Part shown: positions 63,588-64,000 of the stretch, in pieces | How the letters are laid out: the number at the start of each line of letters is the position of its first letter | Position numbering within the stretch: position 1 is the first letter of the stretch | Origin: Antedon mediterranea | Taxonomy: Eukaryota > Animalia > Echinodermata | Direction of reading: 5' to 3' | DNA: 64,000 bases | Assembly (NCBI RefSeq): GCF_964355755.1 | Contig: NC_092671.1 | Coordinates: 39,442,304 to 39,506,303, forward strand | The notes under the pieces: generated by a model | Told to the model about the DNA's origin: nothing | Database searches by the model: none | Seen by the model: the letters and a program-made list of their open reading frames with translations, nothing else | Translations under genes and position numbers: made by a program

Positions 63588-64000
63588 TTTTAGACAATTT
63601 TTTATAAATTAATAACGGATTTACGCGATGTGACAAACAACCGGAGTACAAGGCCAACCAGGGCAATAATAATGACTAGATAATATTTTAGTATTATTTT
63701 AAAGAAATATATAATACGTTGAATTTAAATTTTGCAATAATATTATTGATAAAAATCTCGGAATAATTACTGAATATAATCTCTTTAATTTAAATATTAA
63801 ACTGTAAATCTGAAATAGACCTTGGCATGACCTCTGCAGAGAGTCACTAGACATTGGTATAGATTTTTTGTCCTATAGAACAAATTGTTGAATCTGTCAT
63901 ATTTCAGTTGTTCTTGATTGAAGAATAGGGATTTAACAGTAAAGCTCTGTCTACACTATCAAACTTTATGTGACAAAAAAATGTGATGTGTCCATATATG

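Overview
AT-rich, intron-rich eukaryotic DNA, most likely an invertebrate animal; the taxon cannot be fixed from sequence alone. It holds three intact tandem SLC34/NaPi-II sodium-phosphate cotransporter paralogues (+, ~0.7-23.6 kb), PPCS (+, 25.2-37.7 kb, with a U12-type intron), HIBCH (+, 42.2-48.6 kb) and the last three coding exons of a DLGAP/SAPAP (GKAP) gene (-, 57.1-63.2 kb). Introns and intergenic DNA carry many transposons: Harbinger-, Kolobok-, piggyBac-, pogo- and Mutator-like non-autonomous elements, SINEs, a 6.3-kb LINE and a Helentron/DINE-like element, plus several minisatellites. Main observations: (1) SLC34 copy 3 has changed two of the five proposed Na1-site ligands; (2) a Penelope-type hammerhead ribozyme core lies inside a perfect 79-bp inverted repeat in an SLC34 intron; (3) the PPCS U12 acceptor has an in-frame upstream duplicate whose branch point was displaced by a MITE; (4) PPCS intron 4 holds a four-level transposon nest; (5) a satellite built of hairpins sits between two convergent 3' ends. 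All gene models were assembled by eye from GT-AG sites and frame continuity; no database search was run.
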